From an uncultured Gammaproteobacteria bacterium (GTDB taxonomy: Bacteria; Patescibacteriota; Microgenomatia; Levybacterales; GWA1-39-11): a DNA stretch of 64,000 bases. The first letter of the stretch is position 1. The number at the start of each line of letters is the position of its first letter. Under the pieces are notes generated by a model. It had not been told where the DNA came from, searched no databases, and saw only the letters and a program-made list of their open reading frames with translations. Below are positions 37,832 through 47,434 of the stretch, one piece after another. The stretch spans positions 134,637-198,636 of the forward strand of contig CAYPEN010000001.1 of NCBI GenBank assembly GCA_964409875.1, given 5' to 3'. Made by a program: the position numbers and the translations under genes.

Positions 37832-38014
37832 ATGGAAAGAATACACACAAAACCTACAGGAACCGATTATAGAGTAGCAATCAATCAGCCTCAACGTGAC
37901 GAAATGGCGGAGCTTGCAAGACAACTTTCGGTTGCGGATAATGATGGGATGTATGACAGACGGGAAAATGCCCCTGTTGAAATGAAAGCAGGAGTTGTGG
38001 GTACAGTTTCGTAG
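37832..38014 (+). CDS. Small hypothetical protein (60 aa)
   Basis: Strong RBS (aaaggaggtgataaaa ATG). MERIHTKPTGTDYRVAINQPQRDEMAELARQ.... Confidence 0.35.
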   Translation: MERIHTKPTGTDYRVAINQPQRDEMAELARQLSVADNDGMYDRRENAPVEMKAGVVGTVS

Positions 38015-38105
38015 CTATCAACTTCTGCTTGACTTAACTTTTCACGGGTGCGTACAATAAAGGAGGAAGTAAAAAATTCCCATTTATGTTCTATAAAAAC
38101 CAAGC

Positions 38106-39323
38106 ATGTATTATTTCTCCGAACTTGTCAACAAAAAAGTCGTCAATGAAAATAAGAAGACGATAGGTCATCTGAAAGACTTCCTTTTTCTTGCTGAGGA
38201 ATCCCCGAAAATTACAAAAATATTCGTCAAAAAAGGAAAGCGGAAAAACATCGCAATCCAGATAAAAGACATAAAGACAATCAACGGGCAGATAGTTGTT
38301 GACCGTGATTTTGTTGAAAAGGAAGTAGCCGAGCGCGAATTTTCGATGGCTAACAACCTGCTGAACAGACAGATAATAGATGTTAGGGGTGGAAAAGTCG
38401 TTAGGGTGAATGACATTGCAATTCAAGATAAAGAGGATAAGTCCGAATATTACATCGCTGGAGTAGACGTTGGATTTCGAGCTATTCTTCGGTGGTTCAA
38501 ATTAGAAAAGGCCGCAACTCCAATCTATAAAGCGTTGAAGCTGTATTCTCATCCTCATTTTTTGTCATGGGGAGATATCGAGCCTCTAGAACTTGCCAAC
38601 GGAACAGTCCAATTGAAAAAAGATATCGGGGATTTGGAAAGAATGCGACCTGAGGATCTGGCCGATTACTTGGAAAAGACTAACATCAAAAACGTCAACA
38701 AGATTATCACCGACCTTTCGGATGAATACGCTGCTGACGTTATTGAGGACTTGAATGTTAATTACCAGACTGCACTTTTTAAGCGATTTGCTCCGGAAAA
38801 AGCGACAAAAATTATAGATTTACTTGAGCCCGACGAGGCGGTTGATATCCTTTTGACATTGCCTCGGGAGAAACGGGTTGAGATTTTAGAAGGGCTCGAA
38901 AAAACAAAACACGAAGAATTAAGAGAGCTCATGAAGTATTCAAAAACATCGGTCGGAAAACTCATAAATCCAGATTTTATCTCTATAGAATCCGAAATTA
39001 CAGCTTCTGAGGCGCTTTCACAGGTAAAAGAAGCATTACCTGATGAACCATTTTCCAAGTATATATACACAGTCAACAAAGAAGGCATCTTAGTTGGAGT
39101 TTTCGAGCTCCATAATTTACTTATCCAACAATCTGATACTCCTGTATATAAATTCATGGAACAAGATGTTGTTGTTGCTCATCTAACAACACCACAAGAG
39201 ATTGCTCTCAAACGGATGCTGAAATATAAACTATATGCGCTGCCTGTGGTGGGGGATAACAAAAAAATGATAGGAGTAGTGACTTTTGACGACATGATAG
39301 AGGACATTGAAGAAAAGTTGTAA
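38106..39323 (+). CDS. Cytoplasmic PRC-barrel + MgtE-N + tandem-CBS regulatory protein with no pore domain
   Basis: 405 aa. It has N-terminal PRC-barrel-like segments, an MgtE_N helical domain (DLADYLEKTNIKNV...EAVDILLTLPREKRVEILEGL) and a CBS pair (LYALPVVGDNKKMIGVVTFDDMIEDI). No TM helices. The stop/start overlap with the NRAMP gene reads ATGA. Confidence 0.7.
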   Translation: MYYFSELVNKKVVNENKKTIGHLKDFLFLAEESPKITKIFVKKGKRKNIAIQIKDIKTINGQIVVDRDFVEKEVAEREFSMANNLLNRQIIDVRGGKVVRVNDIAIQDKEDKSEYYIAGVDVGFRAILRWFKLEKAATPIYKALKLYSHPHFLSWGDIEPLELANGTVQLKKDIGDLERMRPEDLADYLEKTNIKNVNKIITDLSDEYAADVIEDLNVNYQTALFKRFAPEKATKIIDLLEPDEAVDILLTLPREKRVEILEGLEKTKHEELRELMKYSKTSVGKLINPDFISIESEITASEALSQVKEALPDEPFSKYIYTVNKEGILVGVFELHNLLIQQSDTPVYKFMEQDVVVAHLTTPQEIALKRMLKYKLYALPVVGDNKKMIGVVTFDDMIEDIEEKL

Positions 39324-40567
39324 TGAAAAAATTCATCAGAGGGATTAGGATCAAACTTCTTATACTTGTTGCTGTGGTTGGTCCGGGATTAATCACGGCT
39401 TTTGCAGATAACGATGCAGGCGGAGTTGCCACGTATTCTGTTGCAGCGTCAAAATTCGGGTACTCCATGCTCACAACTCTTATTCCAATAACCATAGTTC
39501 TTATGACAACTCAGGAAATCGGGTCAAGGCTTGCAGTTGTCAGCGGGAAAGGTCTTGGGGATTTAATACGTGAGAAATTCGGCATACGGGTGTCTGTTTT
39601 GATTTTTGCGCTCCTTTTCTTTGTCAATTTCGGTGTCATCATCCAGGATGTTGGAGGTCTTAAAGATGGACTTGCGCTTTTTCATCTCAATTTATGGATT
39701 TTTCTTCCTGTAGTGATAGCATTTTTGTTTTTCTTTATTACTAAGGCCTCATATGCGAAAGTTGAAAAGTTTTTCCTTTTCTTAATATTTTTCTACGTTG
39801 CTTATTTTGTTAGCGCCATCCTTTCAAAACCTGATTGGGGACTTGTCGGAAAATCACTCATCATGCCGACAGGAAAAATATCGTTCGATTATCTCTATAC
39901 ATCAATTGCAGTGCTTGGAACAACTGTTACAGCCTGGGGGCAATTCTTCATAAATAGCTATGTGAAAGATAAAAAATTGACGGTCGATAGAATCGGATAT
40001 AACAGGCTTGAGATTTATGTCGGGGCATTTTTGACTGATATTGTCAGTCTTTTCATGATGGTAGCTGTTGCGGCGACGGTATTTGCTCATAACGTTCATA
40101 TTCAGGGTGCTGCTGACGCGGCGCTTGCTATTAAGCCTTTCGCGGGAGACCTTGCCGGTGTAATGTTTGGTGCGGGACTTATTGTTGCAGGTTTTATCGG
40201 AGCTGCAATAGTGCCATTGGCAACGGCGTACGCTTTTTCGGAATTTTTTGGATATGAAGGGAGTTTAGACGTTAGTTTCTCAAGAAGCAGACTTTTTTAT
40301 GGCTTTTTTATCGTACAAGTACTTTTGGGAGTTGCTGCAATAAGTTTTCCCAACTTTGCTCTTTTCAAATTCACACTTTATGCGGATTTCGTAAATGGTT
40401 TGTTCTTGCCAGTGATATTTTTCTTCTTGTATAAATTTGCAAATGATCGGGAAATTATGGGTAAGTATAGGAACAGCAGGCTTCAGAATGTTCTTCTTGT
40501 CGGCTCTGGAATTGTAATAACAATTGCAGCCCTGGTTGGTGGCATCGGTAGTTTTATCGGCCGGTAA
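39323..40567 (+). CDS. NRAMP-family divalent metal transporter (MntH-like, or NRMT-like)
   Basis: 414 aa. GPGLITAFADNDAGGVATYSVAASKFGY carries the NRAMP signature DPGN-like region, and there are 11-12 TM helices. Confidence 0.85.
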   Translation: MKKFIRGIRIKLLILVAVVGPGLITAFADNDAGGVATYSVAASKFGYSMLTTLIPITIVLMTTQEIGSRLAVVSGKGLGDLIREKFGIRVSVLIFALLFFVNFGVIIQDVGGLKDGLALFHLNLWIFLPVVIAFLFFFITKASYAKVEKFFLFLIFFYVAYFVSAILSKPDWGLVGKSLIMPTGKISFDYLYTSIAVLGTTVTAWGQFFINSYVKDKKLTVDRIGYNRLEIYVGAFLTDIVSLFMMVAVAATVFAHNVHIQGAADAALAIKPFAGDLAGVMFGAGLIVAGFIGAAIVPLATAYAFSEFFGYEGSLDVSFSRSRLFYGFFIVQVLLGVAAISFPNFALFKFTLYADFVNGLFLPVIFFFLYKFANDREIMGKYRNSRLQNVLLVGSGIVITIAALVGGIGSFIGR

Positions 40568-40584
40568 GTCCCGAAAATTATCTA

Positions 40585-43125
40585 ATGGAAAAAGAAACAG
40601 CCCTTAATTTTTTTGTTGAGGAAAAAGTAGATATTGTACTTCAAAAAATTTCAACTTCTAAAAACGGGCTTTCTCAGAAGGAGGCAGCCAGACGACAAGC
40701 CATTTATGGCAAGAACACTCTTATTGAAGAAAAAGAATACAATCCTCTTACCGAATTTCTCAAAAATTTTAAAAATCCCCTTATTCTTATTCTCCTTTTT
40801 GCGGCAAGTATCTCTTATTTTTTGGGAGAGATTACGAACGGGATTATCATTTCAGTTGTAATTTTTGCTAGCGCAATACTAAACTTTCTCCAGGAATATC
40901 AAGCGAATAATGCTTCGGGAAAACTCAAAGACAGACTCTCTTCAAAAGCTGTTGCCATTCGTGACGATGTAAAAATCGAAATTAAGACCGAACAACTCAC
41001 AATTGGGGATGTTGTCGAGTTGAGTGCGGGAGATTTAATTCCTGCAGACTTGCGGTTAATAGCAGTCAATGATTTGTTCATTAATGAGTCAGCACTCACA
41101 GGAGAGTCATTTCCTATAAGAAAAACAAATCACTCTATATCAGGTAAAAATATTACTATTTCCGAAATGGGGAATATGGCTTTTTCAGGGAGTAGCGTTG
41201 TAACAGGAACAGGTACTGGTGTTGTTGTAAAAATCGGAAAAGCAACTGAGATAGGCAAAATTGCACACCTATTGAATGAACGGCTCCCTGAAACAAACTT
41301 CATGAGAGGGATAAAAAGTTTTAGTGTGTTGATATTACGGATTACTATTCTATTTGTCTTGGGCATATTTTTTATTAGTTCAGTCTTGAGGCACTATAAC
41401 CTGATTGATTCGTTTACATTCGCTATAGCAATTGCTGTTGGATTAACACCAGACCTTCTACCAATGATTATGTCCGTAACGATGAGTAAGGGTGCGTTGA
41501 GAATGGCAAAACGAGGAGTAATCGTTAAACGGCTTCAGGCAATGCCTAACTTTGGGAGTATGGATGTTATATGTACTGATAAGACGGGAACACTAACCGA
41601 GGGCATGATTAAACTTGTTAAGTATATAAATTGGGAAGGAGAACATTCTGAACGGGTTTTTTTGCATGCTTATTTAAATAGCATATTCCAATCCGGTATA
41701 AAAAATCCGCTCGACAATGCTGTAATTTCATTTAAAAAGGTGTTTATTGATGCCTACACGAAAGTTGATGAAATTCCTTTCGATTTTGTGAGACGGAAAA
41801 TGAGTATTGTAATGGAACATGAGAATGACAGATTTATTATTACCAAAGGTGCGCCGGAGGAAATTTTCAAATCATGCAAGTATTTTCAAAAAGGAAAAGA
41901 ACATCATCCCCTTACGCAAGAAGTGGTAAATGATATCAAAAAACTTTATGAAAAGCTGAGTGGTGACGGATATAGGGTTGTTGCGGTAGCCACAAAGAAA
42001 GTTGTCAAAAAAAGCAATTCTTATTCAAAGAAAGATGAATCCGAGCTAACATTTGAAGGCTTTGTTGCCTTCTTTGACCCACCAAGAAAGGATATAGCCG
42101 AAATCTTGCGGAAAATAAAGCGACTTAATGTGGATATAAAAGTCATTACAGGTGACAACGAACTTGTGACAAAAAAGATATGCGTTGAGGCAGACCTACC
42201 AATTGATGGAGTTCTTCTTGGAGGAGAAATCTTTGGCATGACGGATGACGCGTTGGCGAGAAAAGTTGAGGCAACAACTGTTTTTGCGCGATTTTCCCCG
42301 GACCAAAAAAATCGTGTTATACAAGCGCTAAAAGCTAATGGCCATGTGGTTGGATATGTTGGGGACGGGATAAACGATGCGCCATCTTTGAAGAATAGTG
42401 ACGTGGGAATTTCTGTCGAGAATGCGGTTGATGTGGCGAAAGAAGCTGCCGACATGATACTAACCAACAAAAGTCTTCGGGTTCTTCATGATGGAATAGT
42501 CGAGGGGAGAGTAACTTTTGCAAACACACTAAAATACATTCAAATGGGTATCAGTTCCAATTTTGGAAACATCTTGAGCGTTTTATTTGCTGTATTCTAT
42601 GTCCCCTTTTTGCCTATGTTGCCGATTCAAATACTTCTAAATAATTTATTGTATGAATTTTCTCAGCTCGCTATTCCAAATGATGGAGTTGATGAAGAAT
42701 TAATTAGGAAGCCAAGAAGTTGGGATTTGAGTTATATTAAAAAATTTATGTTTGTTTTCGGTCCGGTAAGTTCAATCTATGACATTATCACATTTGTATT
42801 ACTTTTTTCTGTTTTCCATGCTTCCGTATCGTTGTTCCAAACCGGCTGGTTCTTAGAATCTCTTGCGACACAAACGTTGGTTATTTTTGTCATTAGAACG
42901 AAAAAAATACCGATAATCCAAAGTCTTCCGAGTAAATCACTGGCATTTCTCTGTATCTTGGTAGTTATTGTTGGGTTTATTCTGCCCTTTACATTCTTGG
43001 GTCCGATATTTTCCTTCACTAAAGTACCATTTTTTATTCTTCTCAGCATCATAGGAATAGTTATTTTGAATTTGGCTACAGCTGAAATTGCAAAGACATT
43101 TTTCTTTAAAAGGTATGAAGCATAA
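40585..43125 (+). CDS. mgtA: P-type ATPase, MgtA-like magnesium-importing (P3B) type
   Basis: 846 aa. It has a cation-ATPase N-terminal domain, the phosphorylation motif ICTDKTGTLTEG, the hinge VGDGINDAPSLKNSDVGISV and 10 TM helices. Its length and N-terminus match MgtA/MgtB. Confidence 0.8.
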   Translation: MEKETALNFFVEEKVDIVLQKISTSKNGLSQKEAARRQAIYGKNTLIEEKEYNPLTEFLKNFKNPLILILLFAASISYFLGEITNGIIISVVIFASAILNFLQEYQANNASGKLKDRLSSKAVAIRDDVKIEIKTEQLTIGDVVELSAGDLIPADLRLIAVNDLFINESALTGESFPIRKTNHSISGKNITISEMGNMAFSGSSVVTGTGTGVVVKIGKATEIGKIAHLLNERLPETNFMRGIKSFSVLILRITILFVLGIFFISSVLRHYNLIDSFTFAIAIAVGLTPDLLPMIMSVTMSKGALRMAKRGVIVKRLQAMPNFGSMDVICTDKTGTLTEGMIKLVKYINWEGEHSERVFLHAYLNSIFQSGIKNPLDNAVISFKKVFIDAYTKVDEIPFDFVRRKMSIVMEHENDRFIITKGAPEEIFKSCKYFQKGKEHHPLTQEVVNDIKKLYEKLSGDGYRVVAVATKKVVKKSNSYSKKDESELTFEGFVAFFDPPRKDIAEILRKIKRLNVDIKVITGDNELVTKKICVEADLPIDGVLLGGEIFGMTDDALARKVEATTVFARFSPDQKNRVIQALKANGHVVGYVGDGINDAPSLKNSDVGISVENAVDVAKEAADMILTNKSLRVLHDGIVEGRVTFANTLKYIQMGISSNFGNILSVLFAVFYVPFLPMLPIQILLNNLLYEFSQLAIPNDGVDEELIRKPRSWDLSYIKKFMFVFGPVSSIYDIITFVLLFSVFHASVSLFQTGWFLESLATQTLVIFVIRTKKIPIIQSLPSKSLAFLCILVVIVGFILPFTFLGPIFSFTKVPFFILLSIIGIVILNLATAEIAKTFFFKRYEA

Positions 43126-43194
43126 ATTAAGGTTTGAAGTAATGATCATTGCATAGAATGGAAGGATTCTAGTATGCTATCAAAATAACAAAAT

Positions 43195-44268
43195 ATGGCG
43201 CGTCTTACCTATCAACAACTCATCGACAAACATCTCGAGATATTAAAAGGCCTTCAATATGAGTCCGGGCTTTTTGCTGCTGCAGACAAAAATGTCGGTA
43301 CAGGATATGACAAAAGTTGGCTGCGGGACAATTTTTATGAAACAATTGCTTTTGAAGTAATTGGGGACTGGGATACAGTTGAAAAAACATACCGGGCAAT
43401 TTTGAATGTGCTTCTCAAACATGAAGAAAAAATAGATTGGGCAATTGAAAATAAACCTACCGAATCCTTTCAATATATCCATGCGCGGTTTCATCCTGAA
43501 ACGTTTGACGAGTTCTGGGAGTCTTGGGGCAACAAGCAAAATGATGCGGTAGGCTGTATTCTTTTCCGGATAGGTGAATTGGAACATCATCACAATAGAG
43601 CAATACTGACCGATGAGTCGCACGTTAGAATCATCAATAAATTAGTTAAATACCTGGAAGCAATCGAATATTGGAAGGACAGAGACAGTGGAATGTGGGA
43701 AGAAGACGAGGAGTTGCATGCCTCATCGGTGGGGGCATGCGTTGCAGGTCTAAAGTCAATTAAAAGACTTCCCCAAATACACGTTCCCGGATATATCATC
43801 GAAAGAGGGCAGGAGACACTTGATAGTTTACTTCCCAGAGAATCTGAACGCAAGTTCGTAGACCTTGCACTTCTGTCGCTCATTTGGCCATATCGAGTTG
43901 TAACTGACGAGCAGAGAGACCGAATCCTTGAAAATGTTGAGTACCATCTTCTGCGGGAGCGCGGAGTTATCCGCTATAAAGGGGATAAGTATTACAACAA
44001 GAATCAAGACGAGGTTAGTGAGGAAGCAGAGTGGACATTTGGGCTTGCTTGGCTTGCGATAATCTATGGCAAAATGGGGCAGACGGAGAAGGCCTTTTCC
44101 TACATAAAAGACCTTATTGCTGACGATACGCCTCAAGGAGTACCAGAACTGTATTTCTCAAATTCGCCTGAATACAATGATAATACACCTCTTGGATGGT
44201 CCGAATCACTTTTTATCGTCGCTCTTTTTGAAATGCAGGAGAGATGGGAAAAGGAAGCGGAAAAATGA
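43195..44268 (+). CDS. GH15-like (glucoamylase/glucodextranase-related) (alpha/alpha)6 glycoside hydrolase, small form
   Basis: 357 aa. SWLRDNFYE is a WxRD motif of the GH15-like six-hairpin fold. Recall-based. Confidence 0.55.
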   Translation: MARLTYQQLIDKHLEILKGLQYESGLFAAADKNVGTGYDKSWLRDNFYETIAFEVIGDWDTVEKTYRAILNVLLKHEEKIDWAIENKPTESFQYIHARFHPETFDEFWESWGNKQNDAVGCILFRIGELEHHHNRAILTDESHVRIINKLVKYLEAIEYWKDRDSGMWEEDEELHASSVGACVAGLKSIKRLPQIHVPGYIIERGQETLDSLLPRESERKFVDLALLSLIWPYRVVTDEQRDRILENVEYHLLRERGVIRYKGDKYYNKNQDEVSEEAEWTFGLAWLAIIYGKMGQTEKAFSYIKDLIADDTPQGVPELYFSNSPEYNDNTPLGWSESLFIVALFEMQERWEKEAEK

Positions 44269-44823
44269 TTATTTCTTAAACAATTTCCCTTTTTTCCAGG
44301 GTGTACCAAGAAGCGGAAGAAGGTATCTATCAACACCTATCCATCCGGCGGTTCTCCATGCTAGAATAAGGAATAGCTCTATAACAAAGAGAATTGGATT
44401 TGTACTTACAGTCCCGGCAAAAAGGTAATTCATGTTCATAAATGCACCAAAAAAAGCCGAGATTCCCGTAAAAATGCCCAGTATAAGCCCAATGCCGACC
44501 AACAATTCTCCAAAGGCTACAAGGAAGGAGAATGTGGCGGCATTGGGAAGGGCTACATTCTGAATAAATGCTCCGTAAAATCCTGAAACATCAGGATGTT
44601 GACCACCTGTCTTTTCTAATGCTCCGTTCAAAAATCCCGATACTGCGACACCTGCTTTCGGGCCAACCCACATGGGGTTGTTGACTTTGGCCCACCCTGC
44701 GATGAGCCACTCGTATCCGACGTACACACGCAACACAAGCCATATCCACCCCATTTTTGTATTAGAGAAAATAAAGCGGGATAAGGCCGGTTCAGGAATT
44801 TCTTCGGACAGGTTTTTGGCCAT
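44269..44823 (-). CDS. DoxX-family membrane protein
   Basis: 184 aa. RVYVGYEWLIAGWAK is typical of DoxX, and there are 4 TM helices. Confidence 0.7.
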   Translation of the reverse strand: MAKNLSEEIPEPALSRFIFSNTKMGWIWLVLRVYVGYEWLIAGWAKVNNPMWVGPKAGVAVSGFLNGALEKTGGQHPDVSGFYGAFIQNVALPNAATFSFLVAFGELLVGIGLILGIFTGISAFFGAFMNMNYLFAGTVSTNPILFVIELFLILAWRTAGWIGVDRYLLPLLGTPWKKGKLFKK

Positions 44824-44954
44824 ACATTACGTTACCAGTTGTGTTTGACTAGTGTCAAGTGATTTGTATCACATACAAATTTTTAATATTTTGAGAGCTG
44901 CATACCACTTGACGAACGCAAAAAATTTCTTCATCATGAGAAAGAGAGGTTTTT

Positions 44955-46625
44955 TTGTTGTCTATGGATACTAACATGCTCGCGCAGTTATCAAAATTAA
45001 TCGAGGGAGACATTGCTACAGACTCTTCGACCCTTACAGAGCACAGTCATGATGCTTCACTTTTTGAAATGCGGCCTGAAGCGGTAGTTTTCCCAAAGAA
45101 CGAAAAGGATGTTGTAACGCTCGTTAAATTTGTGGCTGAGAACAAAAAAGAACATCCCCATTTGTCTCTTACTGGAAGAGCTGCCGGAACCGATATGGGA
45201 GGAGGCTCCATTAATGATTCCATCATTGTCGCATTTTCAAAATACTTCAACGCAAAACCTCAAATAGATACTGACAAAAGAACTGCGGTGGTTGAGCCAG
45301 GCGTCTTTTACCGCGATTTTGAAAAGGAAACGATTCGTGAAGGGCTTTTGTTCCCCTCATACCCAGCATCCCGTGGTTTATGCGCAATGGGTGGAATTGT
45401 GAACAACAATTCCGGTGGCGAAAAGTCCTTGCAATACGGAAAGACTGAACGGTATGTAAAAAGTGTAAAGGTAGTACTTCGCGATGGGAGTATTTGCGTC
45501 TTCAGAAAACTCACGATGGCAAGCCTTGAAAAGAAAATGGAACAGAAAGATTTGGAAGGGGAGATATACCGGAAAATGTTCAAGCTTATTAATGATAACT
45601 ATGATGAGATAATGGATGCAAAGCCGCAGGTAAGCAAAAATTCGGCAGGATATTTTTTGTGGAATGTTTATAACAAAGAAGAGGGAACCTTTGATTTGAC
45701 CCAATTGTGGGTGGGTGCGCAAGGAACATTGGGGTTACTTCTTGAGGCAGAAGTTTCACTTGTCCCAATTCATATGCATAGGGAAATGATGGTTATTTTT
45801 CTTCATGACTTGAAGCATTTGGGTGAAATCATCAACGCAGCACTCCCCTTAAAGCCTGAAAGCTTTGAGTCATACGATGATAATACGTTGAAATTAGCGC
45901 TTAAATATTTCCCCGAATTTGCAAAACAACTGGGAGCAAAGGGATTTGTCGGTGCAGGAATTGCATTTATGCCTGAATTTTTGATGGTAATGCGCGGTGG
46001 GCTTCCAAAATTAGTGTTACAGATAGACTTTACCGGGAATGACCCAGAAGAGTTGAAAGAGAAAATCGCAACACTTAAGGCAAAATTGGCGCCCCTTCAC
46101 CCACAAGCAAAAGTAGCCATTGAGTCACAAGAAGAGAAATACTGGCTCATACGGCGTGAAAGTTTTAACCTCCTTAGAAAAAAAATTAAAAACAAACACA
46201 CGGCTCCCTTTATCGACGATTTTGTCATAAAGCCCGAATATATAGCGGAAATTATTCCACAAGTGAACAAAATATTTGAAAAATACAGAAAGGACTTTAC
46301 CTACACTGTCGCAGGACACATTGGAGATGGTAATTTCCACATTATTCCGCTTGTTGATATCACAAAAAAGTCCGTCAGGAATGCAATCCCTGAAATTTCA
46401 AAACTCATATACGACCTTGTTCTGAAATATGGCGGTTCAATCACAGGGGAGCACAACGACGGGCTCATAAGAACTCCGTACTTGAGACAAATGTACGGAA
46501 GCCGTATTTATGAACTTTTTGAAGAGACGAAAAAGATATTCGACCCTGAGAACATTTTCAACCCCCGCAAGAAAGTCGGAGCGACAATGGACTATGCTAT
46601 GAAACACCTCCGGATGACTTGGTGA
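44955..46625 (+). CDS. FAD-linked oxidase (GlcD / D-lactate dehydrogenase family)
   Basis: 556 aa. It has a PCMH-type FAD-binding domain (LSLTGRAAGTDMGGGSINDSIIV) and a C-terminal FAD-oxidase domain. Confidence 0.75.
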   Translation: MLSMDTNMLAQLSKLIEGDIATDSSTLTEHSHDASLFEMRPEAVVFPKNEKDVVTLVKFVAENKKEHPHLSLTGRAAGTDMGGGSINDSIIVAFSKYFNAKPQIDTDKRTAVVEPGVFYRDFEKETIREGLLFPSYPASRGLCAMGGIVNNNSGGEKSLQYGKTERYVKSVKVVLRDGSICVFRKLTMASLEKKMEQKDLEGEIYRKMFKLINDNYDEIMDAKPQVSKNSAGYFLWNVYNKEEGTFDLTQLWVGAQGTLGLLLEAEVSLVPIHMHREMMVIFLHDLKHLGEIINAALPLKPESFESYDDNTLKLALKYFPEFAKQLGAKGFVGAGIAFMPEFLMVMRGGLPKLVLQIDFTGNDPEELKEKIATLKAKLAPLHPQAKVAIESQEEKYWLIRRESFNLLRKKIKNKHTAPFIDDFVIKPEYIAEIIPQVNKIFEKYRKDFTYTVAGHIGDGNFHIIPLVDITKKSVRNAIPEISKLIYDLVLKYGGSITGEHNDGLIRTPYLRQMYGSRIYELFEETKKIFDPENIFNPRKKVGATMDYAMKHLRMTW

Positions 46626-46636
46626 CCCCTTTTTTT

Positions 46637-47410
46637 CTACGAGAGGATGAATTTTTCAATAACGTCGGCAACTCCGTCGTCAACGACGGTTGGAGCTATA
46701 TAGTCGGCTATTTCCTTCAGGTCGGATATTGCATTTCCCATAGCAACTTTGAGTCCTGATGCCATAAGAAGCGGGAAGTCATTGTATCCGTCGCCGACCC
46801 CGACTATTTCTTCCCGCAGGAGATTAAGTTTTTCTGCAATAACTTCTATTCCGTGAAGTTTTGTGGCATTGACATGCGTAATATTGAGTCCATATTTTTC
46901 CGGATCTTTATGTCTTGTGCGGAACACATTAAGGTGTGGTCTAGCAAGCTCCCTCATGAGAATATGGGTTTGTTCAAGTGTAAAATCTTCATCTGTAAAA
47001 AACATCGAAACATTCTCAATATCTTGATCTTTCCGATAGGGTGGAAAGTAGTCACGCGTTTGGGATATGTTCTTCTCGTCTTTAAGATAAAATGTTATGT
47101 TATTTTTTCCGAGGACATGTATGACATGTTGTATGTCTGTCTTTTCCATTGTTTGCTTGTAAACAATCTCGTTACTGGAAATATCTATAACAAATGCGCC
47201 TGTATCGACAACTGCATACCCTTCGGTAAGACCGAGTTCTTTTAAGATGCTTTTTGAGGAGTAGTAGGACCTACCGGTGACAAGGCATACATGGACTTTT
47301 TCTTTTGCTTTGGTTATCGCTTCTTTGACTTTTTTAGACGGCATTGCATCATATTGATAGGGAATAAGAGTTCCATCGACATCAAGCATCAGCGCTTTGT
47401 ATTGCATCAT
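46637..47410 (-). CDS. HAD-IIB Cof-type phosphatase
   Basis: 257 aa with LMLDVDGTL (DxDGT) and the C-terminal GVGDGYNDFPLL motif. Confidence 0.85.
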   Translation of the reverse strand: MMQYKALMLDVDGTLIPYQYDAMPSKKVKEAITKAKEKVHVCLVTGRSYYSSKSILKELGLTEGYAVVDTGAFVIDISSNEIVYKQTMEKTDIQHVIHVLGKNNITFYLKDEKNISQTRDYFPPYRKDQDIENVSMFFTDEDFTLEQTHILMRELARPHLNVFRTRHKDPEKYGLNITHVNATKLHGIEVIAEKLNLLREEIVGVGDGYNDFPLLMASGLKVAMGNAISDLKEIADYIAPTVVDDGVADVIEKFILS

Positions 47411-47434
47411 GCTATTGTAACAAAGAAAGACGTG

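Noticed and set aside
38015-38105. Mg (M-box) riboswitch upstream of the MgtE-N/NRAMP/MgtA cluster
   Set aside because: The leader is only about 90 nt and contains a plain TTGACT-18-TACAAT promoter. It is too short and lacks M-box features.
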